From Faecousia sp. (GTDB lineage Bacteria > Bacillota > Clostridia > Oscillospirales > Oscillospiraceae), in NCBI GenBank assembly GCA_045647845.1, contig JAZRMV010000009.1, positions 24,489 to 88,488 on the forward strand: DNA of 64,000 nt, in the 5' to 3' direction. The notes under the pieces were generated by a model. That model did not search any database. It had not been told where the DNA came from and saw only the letters and a program-made list of their open reading frames with translations. Shown in pieces: positions 58,990-64,000 of the stretch (positions are counted from its first letter, which is position 1; each line of letters opens with the position of its first letter). The position numbers and the translations under genes were made by a program.

Positions 58990-59098
58990 ATAAAAAAGTG
59001 TCTTCCTGCCAGAAGACAGAAAGACACGCAGTTAATCCATAGAGATTTGGCGCACCTCGGCAGGATTTACGCTCCGTGAGCACCTGCTGTCTTTGGCA
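58990..59098 (-). promoter_or_regulatory. L10 leader with attenuator
   Basis: CCAAAGACAGCAGG...TAAATCCTGCCGAGG followed by a hairpin and T-run; TTGACA-N17-TATATT upstream. Confidence 0.85.
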
Positions 59099-59162
59099 AC
59101 TATGATAATATAGCAAAAACCCCCTGACTTGTCAAGGGGTTTTTGAAAAAATTGTAATAAAA

Positions 59163-59855
59163 TTACAGATAACGGCTGGTGTTCACCTTAACGCCGGGAC
59201 CCATGGTGGAAACCACGGTGCAGGAACGGATATACTGACCCTTTGCTGCGGCGGGCTTAGCCTTCACAACAGCGTTGACCAGAGTATCCATGTTCTCCAG
59301 CAGCTTCTCAGCGCCGAAGGAAACCTTGCCGATGGGGCAGTGAATGATGTTGGTTTTGTCCAGACGGTACTCAACCTTACCGGCTTTGATTTCCTGAACA
59401 GCAGCGCCAACGTTGGGGGTCACGGTGCCGGCCTTGGGGGAAGGCATCAAACCCTTGGGACCCAAAACCTTACCCAGACGGCCAACCAGGCCCATCATGT
59501 CGGGGGAAGCAACAACAACATCGAAGTCAAACCAGTTTTCCTTGGTGATCTTCTCAACCAGTTCCATGCCGCCTGCGTAGTCGGCGCCGGCTGCCAGAGC
59601 CTCGTCCAACTTAGCGTCCTTAGCGAAAACCAGAACGCGGCGGGTCTTGCCGGTACCGTTGGGCAGAACAACTGCGCCACGAACCTGCTGATCGGCGTGA
59701 CGGGAGTCAACACCCAGCTTGATGTGCAGCTCGACAGTCTCGTCGAACTTTGCGGAAGCACCCTTCACAACCAGATTCAGGGCTTCGTTGGGATCGTATT
59801 GAACAGAGCGATCAACCAGTTTTGCGCTCTCTTGGTATTTTTTACCTCTAAACAA
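59163..59855 (-). CDS. rplA: 50S ribosomal protein L1
   Basis: [18 protein letters not shown] and STMGPG; TTG start after AAGGAGG. Confidence 0.98.
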   Translation of the reverse strand: MFRGKKYQESAKLVDRSVQYDPNEALNLVVKGASAKFDETVELHIKLGVDSRHADQQVRGAVVLPNGTGKTRRVLVFAKDAKLDEALAAGADYAGGMELVEKITKENWFDFDVVVASPDMMGLVGRLGKVLGPKGLMPSPKAGTVTPNVGAAVQEIKAGKVEYRLDKTNIIHCPIGKVSFGAEKLLENMDTLVNAVVKAKPAAAKGQYIRSCTVVSTMGPGVKVNTSRYL

Positions 59856-59874
59856 TGTAATTATCCTCCTTAAA

Positions 59875-59902
59875 GTGGTAATGCGGAAAAAATCCTCCCA
59901 CA
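59875..59902 (-). promoter_or_regulatory. L1-binding site upstream of rplA
   Basis: GTGGGAGG...CCGCATTACCAC. Confidence 0.7.
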
Positions 59903-59935
59903 TTTTCCGAGGCGGTTAGCCCCGGTCAGCAAAAA

Positions 59936-60361
59936 TCAGTCGACAACAGTGATACCCATGGAACGGCAAGTGCCACGAACCTGGCTCTCAGCGGCTTCCA
60001 GGGAGTTAACGTTCAAGTCAGGCAGCTTGGTCTTGGCGATCTCGGTAACCTGAGCAGCGGTCAGAGAACCGACCTTGGTCTTGTTGGGAACGCCGGAACC
60101 GCTCTCCAAACCTGCGGCTTTCAGAACCAGCAGGGGGGTCGGAGGGGTCTTGGTGATGAAAGTGAAGCTGCGGTCTGCATAAACAGTGATGACGACAGGA
60201 ATCTTGTAGCCTTCCATAGCCTGGGTGCGGGCGTTGAATTCCTTAATAAAAGCGGCGATGTTAACGCCGTGCTGACCCAAAGCGGGACCAACAGGGGGGG
60301 AAGCGGGTGCCTTAGCGGCATTGATTTGCAATTTAATAATACCGGTAACTTTTTGTGCCAT
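59936..60361 (-). CDS. rplK: 50S ribosomal protein L11
   Basis: [19 protein letters not shown] and RSMG. Confidence 0.98.
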   Translation of the reverse strand: MAQKVTGIIKLQINAAKAPASPPVGPALGQHGVNIAAFIKEFNARTQAMEGYKIPVVITVYADRSFTFITKTPPTPLLVLKAAGLESGSGVPNKTKVGSLTAAQVTEIAKTKLPDLNVNSLEAAESQVRGTCRSMGITVVD

Positions 60362-60382
60362 AATAAGCACCTCCAAAATATA

Positions 60383-60436
60383 ATGTGGTAATATGCGCTT
60401 TGCGCATTTCTTGCGGGGTGAATACCCCTCCCACGT
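60383..60436 (-). promoter_or_regulatory. L1-binding site upstream of rplK
   Basis: GTGGGAGGG...CCCCGCA...ATTACCAC with an inserted hairpin. Confidence 0.6.
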
Positions 60437-60463
60437 TCCGACCGGATAATCCGGCTAGATGCG

Positions 60464-60994
60464 TTATTGGGATACGACCTCAATCTGATCCAACTCGAAT
60501 TCAACGGAAGTTTCCCGACCAAACATAGACACGATAACATTGACTGCATTCTTGTCCAGTTCGATGGACTCCACCGTGCCGGTGAAGGAGGAAAGGGGAC
60601 CGTCGAGGATCCGAACTGTATCACCCACTTCGTAGTTGACGATGATTTCTTTCTTTTCAACGCCCATGGCGTAAACTTCGTCATCAGTCAGGGGAGTGGG
60701 GTCGTTGCTGGATGTACCGACGAAGCCGGTAACACCGCGAATGTTGCGGATGACATGCCAGGTGTCATCACTGTAAACCATCTTGACCAGAACATAACCG
60801 GGGAATACTTTCCGGTCGTAGGTCTTGCTGACGCCGGAATCAGTGATCTCCGTGACAGTCTCCATAGGGATGGAGATGGCAACGATCCGATCCTGAAGTT
60901 GGCGGCTTTCGATGGTTTTCTCGATGGTTGCTTTTACTGTGTTCTCATACCCGGAATAGGTATGAACAACATACCATTTTGCATTATCGGCCAT
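60464..60994 (-). CDS. nusG: Transcription factor NusG
   Basis: WYVVHTYSGYE, FPGYVLV, KOW domain and MFGRET. Confidence 0.98.
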   Translation of the reverse strand: MADNAKWYVVHTYSGYENTVKATIEKTIESRQLQDRIVAISIPMETVTEITDSGVSKTYDRKVFPGYVLVKMVYSDDTWHVIRNIRGVTGFVGTSSNDPTPLTDDEVYAMGVEKKEIIVNYEVGDTVRILDGPLSSFTGTVESIELDKNAVNVIVSMFGRETSVEFELDQIEVVSQ

Positions 60995-61006
60995 AGCTTA
61001 GCACCC

Positions 61007-61234
61007 TTAAAACAGATTGATCAAACCGGTGATGAGGGTTTGAGCTACGAAGTCGAACAGCCAAATGAATACGCCGACAATCAGAACACAGGCCACAACG
61101 ATCAAGGCGTTTTTCAGAACCTGCTGAGGAGTGGACCAGACGACCTTTTTCAGCTCGCTTTTCAGCTCGCGGAAGTATCTGGCAACTGCGCCCCAGGCTC
61201 TTTTGGACCAGTTTTCCTTTTTGTCTTCTGCCAT
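61007..61234 (-). CDS. secE: Preprotein translocase subunit SecE
   Basis: ELKKVVW and a single TM helix. Confidence 0.95.
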   Translation of the reverse strand: MAEDKKENWSKRAWGAVARYFRELKSELKKVVWSTPQQVLKNALIVVACVLIVGVFIWLFDFVAQTLITGLINLF

Positions 61235-61246
61235 TGTGGGGCCTCC

Positions 61247-61396
61247 TTACTTGGTCTCGTTATGAACCGTGTGTTTCTTGCAGAATCTGCAATACTTCTT
61301 CATTTCAAGACGGTCGGGGTCATTCTTCTTGTTCTTCATGGTGTTGTAGTTTCTCTGCTTGCACTCGGAGCATCTCAAAGTGACTTTAACGCGCAT
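61247..61396 (-). CDS. rpmG: 50S ribosomal protein L33 (Zn-binding form)
   Basis: Translated by hand: [49 protein letters not shown]; missing from the ORF track. Confidence 0.97.
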   Translation of the reverse strand: MRVKVTLRCSECKQRNYNTMKNKKNDPDRLEMKKYCRFCKKHTVHNETK

Positions 61397-61643
61397 TACG
61401 GCACCTCCTTAATCATTGCCTCCCTGTATCACCCCGGCTAGTAAGATTTAGACTGCGGCCACTACAATGCCGCCCGAGGCTGAAAATAGGGCATAAAAAC
61501 AAGCCCGTTTTTTCACAGGTAGAGCCATTCTACCACAGATTCACATGCTAGTCAACAATTTTTTCTCATTTTTTCCATGTTTTTTCTTAAAAAATAATAT
61601 GGTCTTCATATACTTTGAATCTGCGGCATAATGATATGGTGAG

Positions 61644-62129
61644 GTGAGGAAATTGAATAAGAATAACTGGAAAACCTTTGTTATATGGATCGTAATTTGT
61701 AATGCAGTGGGCGCCTTATCCGGCTGGCTTTCCATGGAAGGAACTGAACTGTATACGAAATATGTGCAGCAGCCGCCTTTTTCACCCCCTGGTTGGGTCT
61801 TTCCCATTGTGTGGACAATCCTTTATACACTCATGGGAATCAGCGCTGCCCGCGCGATGTCAAATGGGCAGAATGTGTCCTGCAAGACTGGAGTGCTGTT
61901 GTTTCTCGCTCAGCTGGCTGTAAATTTCTTCTGGCCGTTGATCTTCTTTAATGCACAGGCTTATGGCGCGGCTTTGGTGTGGCTGCTGCTGTTGTGGGCG
62001 TTGGTTTTGCTGACGGTTCTTCAATTTCGTAAATGTGATAAGCTCGCTGCCGCATTGCTGATTCCGTATTTGGTGTGGCTGACATTTGCCGTATATCTGA
62101 ATGCTGCCGTATGGCTGATCAATCGTTAA
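61644..62129 (+). CDS. tspO: TspO/MBR family protein
   Basis: PPGWVFPIVWTILY, NFFWP.IFF and PYLVWL.FA.YLN. Confidence 0.93.
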   Translation: MRKLNKNNWKTFVIWIVICNAVGALSGWLSMEGTELYTKYVQQPPFSPPGWVFPIVWTILYTLMGISAARAMSNGQNVSCKTGVLLFLAQLAVNFFWPLIFFNAQAYGAALVWLLLLWALVLLTVLQFRKCDKLAAALLIPYLVWLTFAVYLNAAVWLINR

Positions 62130-62194
62130 AATTAGTCTTTTCATTTTCGGAATGCTGGTGTATAATAGCCCTATAAAGAAAAAGGAGTGGTATC

Positions 62195-62611
62195 ATGCAT
62201 CGGATTATGGCAATCGATTTCGGTGATGCGCGCACCGGCGTTGCAATATCGGATCTGCTTTGTTCCATTGTTGGATCTACCGCAGTTGTAAATAGTCACA
62301 ATACGGAAAAAGCCATTGAGGATATTGCGCAGATGGCACATAATAATCAAGTCGGTTGTATCGTTGTGGGCTTGCCCAAAAACATGGACGGCACCGAGGG
62401 CCCCCGGGCTGCATTATGCCGGGAGTTTGCGGATCAGTTGGCTAAACGAACAGGCCTGGAAATTAAAATGTGGGATGAACGTCGTACCACGGTAGAGGCG
62501 CATAATATCCTTTCTCAACACAATTATCACGGAAAAAAGCGGAAAAACACGGTGGATGCGGTAGCGGCATCCTTGATTTTAGAGGGCTACTTGGCATTTC
62601 TTGGGCGGTAA
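62195..62611 (+). CDS. ruvX: YqgF/RuvX family nuclease
   Basis: IDFGDARTGVA, VVGLP, DERRTT and VDAVAA..IL. Confidence 0.94.
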   Translation: MHRIMAIDFGDARTGVAISDLLCSIVGSTAVVNSHNTEKAIEDIAQMAHNNQVGCIVVGLPKNMDGTEGPRAALCREFADQLAKRTGLEIKMWDERRTTVEAHNILSQHNYHGKKRKNTVDAVAASLILEGYLAFLGR

Positions 62612-62946
62612 GATAATTCGCGAAAGCCGGTGATCAACAGCAGCACGCCAAATAGTTTTTTCGTCAGTTCCGGGTCGGCTTTATTTCCGATCCAGGAAAA
62701 TAAAACAGCTGTAACGCTTCCTGCCAGGATTCCTGGCAGGATCTTTTTTGTGTCGATTTTACCGTTTTTGATTCTGAAAATACTGACAAAGGCTGCAACG
62801 ATAATGAAGAACATCAAGTTGATGCTTCTTGCTTCCAAAGGTGTTGCACCGATAACCTCAGTCAGCCATAGGACTAGGATTGTGCCGCCGCCTACGCCCA
62901 GTCCTGCCAATGCTCCCAAAATGATACCAATAAATATATCTATCAT
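62587..62946 (-). CDS. Half-size TauE/SafE family membrane protein
   Basis: GLGVGGG motif and about 4 TM segments; overlaps the upstream partner by ATGA. Confidence 0.8.
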   Translation of the reverse strand: MIDIFIGIILGALAGLGVGGGTILVLWLTEVIGATPLEARSINLMFFIIVAAFVSIFRIKNGKIDTKKILPGILAGSVTAVLFSWIGNKADPELTKKLFGVLLLITGFRELSYRPRNAK

Positions 62947-63302
62947 AGCAGAGTACGGATCGCGCCAAAGACGATCAAACCTCCGAATATTTTGTGCAGC
63001 CAAATGGTTGGCAGATGTTTCTCAACGATTACGCAAAGCATTCCACCCAAAAGACCGCCAATCAGATAGGGAAGTGCCTTTGTGATCGGCAAAGGTCCTG
63101 TAAATGCGCTGAATGAAAGAGAAACAACACAAATTGGCGATATGATTGAGACGGAAGTGGGGAAAATTTCAGAGTCGTCAAGGTCTGTAAGTGTGCTTAG
63201 CAGCGGAACAAGCAGCATACCGCCACCTGCACCAAAGAAACCGTTTGCCGCACCGGCGATGGTACCGGCGATCCAATATCCGTATTTTCTAGCGATCTTC
63301 AT
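62943..63302 (-). CDS. Half-size TauE/SafE family membrane protein
   Basis: GFFGAGGG.LLVP motif and about 4 TM segments. Confidence 0.8.
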   Translation of the reverse strand: MKIARKYGYWIAGTIAGAANGFFGAGGGMLLVPLLSTLTDLDDSEIFPTSVSIISPICVVSLSFSAFTGPLPITKALPYLIGGLLGGMLCVIVEKHLPTIWLHKIFGGLIVFGAIRTLL

Positions 63303-63321
63303 AAAGATACCCCCTATGGAG

Positions 63322-63350
63322 ATCCTTTCCATGAGGGTGCTGAATTATAC
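63322..63350 (-). promoter_or_regulatory. SigmaF-type promoter of the TauE pair
   Basis: GTATA-N15-GGAAAGGAT against consensus GYATA-N15-GGNRANANT (one mismatch). Confidence 0.55.
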
Positions 63351-63396
63351 TGAATATAAAAAAACGGGCGTGCAATCTGCACGCCCGTTTGATATT

Positions 63397-64000
63397 TTAC
63401 TGTACGATGAAGTCCCACTCAATGCCGGAGAGGTTTACTTTTTCAGTGGTGACCTTCTCTTTCAGGGCATCAACCCACTTCTCGGAGTCTTCGTCACGCA
63501 TGGTTTCCTTAACCAGATAATCACGGTAGGTTTCGGTGAGCTGCTCCTGATAGTAGATCACATGGCAGCCATACTCGGTTTCCACAATGCCGGTGTCGCC
63601 GGGCTTACGCTCAGCATCAAAGCACCAGGCGTCGAATGCGTCAACCATCTGACCGGGATATACCCGCTCGTAGAGTCCGCCATCGGTGCCGTCACTGTCG
63701 TCGCTGTTTTCGTTTGCCAGAACGCCAAAGCTTTCGGCGGTAGCTTCACCGTCTTTCCACTGCTGCAAAATCTTCTCAGCGTTTTCTTTGGCTTCCTTTT
63801 TCTTTGATTCGGCAAATTTCAGTTCGCCGTCTTCGTAGTAGGCGCCGGTGTACTCAAAGAGAATATGACGCACATTCACCAGCTGAGTCAGATTGTCATC
63901 TCTGCCCAGGAACAGAACAACTGCAAAACCGGTGATGTCTTCATCCTTGATTTCTTCTTCGGTCTTATCTTCGGTGTTCTCGTCGTTGGTCTCGCCATCT
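63397..64000 (-). CDS. PrsA-like parvulin peptidyl-prolyl isomerase, 5' part outside the window
   Basis: VRHIL, LANENSDD, GG, F..W.F and TEYGCHVI; the frame appears to stay open to the window edge. Confidence 0.85.
   Translation of the reverse strand, partial: DGETNDENTEDKTEEEIKDEDITGFAVVLFLGRDDNLTQLVNVRHILFEYTGAYYEDGELKFAESKKKEAKENAEKILQQWKDGEATAESFGVLANENSDDSDGTDGGLYERVYPGQMVDAFDAWCFDAERKPGDTGIVETEYGCHVIYYQEQLTETYRDYLVKETMRDEDSEKWVDALKEKVTTEKVNLSGIEWDFIVQ

Noticed and set aside
60295-60330. Divergent L11 N-terminus ([11 protein letters not shown]) as a thiostrepton-resistance allele
   Set aside because: The key PPVGP motif is intact; ordinary divergence or a base error is equally likely.
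61605-61635. Forespore sigma promoter for tspO
   Set aside because: TCATA-N14-GGCATAATG is only a partial match with off spacing.

Overview
Core-genome window from a spore-forming Clostridia-type Bacillota. The lineage is inferred from the T-boxes, the spoIIA operon and gene order, and resembles Oscillospiraceae. It is mostly housekeeping and sporulation genes: prfB, secG, pepD, spoVB-like, nth, glyA, smpB, dinB, dxs-tlyA-nadK-argR-recN, tyrS, dapA, queA-tgt-yajC, valS, spoIIAA-AB-sigF, pepF, alaS, comEC-holA and rpmG-secE-nusG-rplKAJL. RNA features are tRNA-Arg(CCT), tRNA-Leu(CAG), tmRNA, three T-boxes, a singlet glycine riboswitch and ribosomal-protein leaders. The main non-ORF signals are: (1) a ~620-nt OLE RNA (22155-22775) with its own promoter, followed by oapA, whose DxxxD motif reads DVVGA; (2) a ~167-bp structured unit that duplicates the 3' end of its host RNA gene and occurs behind both a tRNA-Pro-like end and tmRNA; (3) an integrase-less ABC-transporter islet inside that tmRNA tail with reconstructable att-like ends; (4) a LexA-boxed small-gene/dinB cassette; (5) tgt with Tyr at the catalytic Asp position; (6) a frameshift-free prfB; (7) SD-sequestering hairpins that overlap gene-specific promoters. 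All calls come from reading the sequence by eye and from recalled family motifs. No searches or folding programs were run, and single-base anomalies could be assembly errors.
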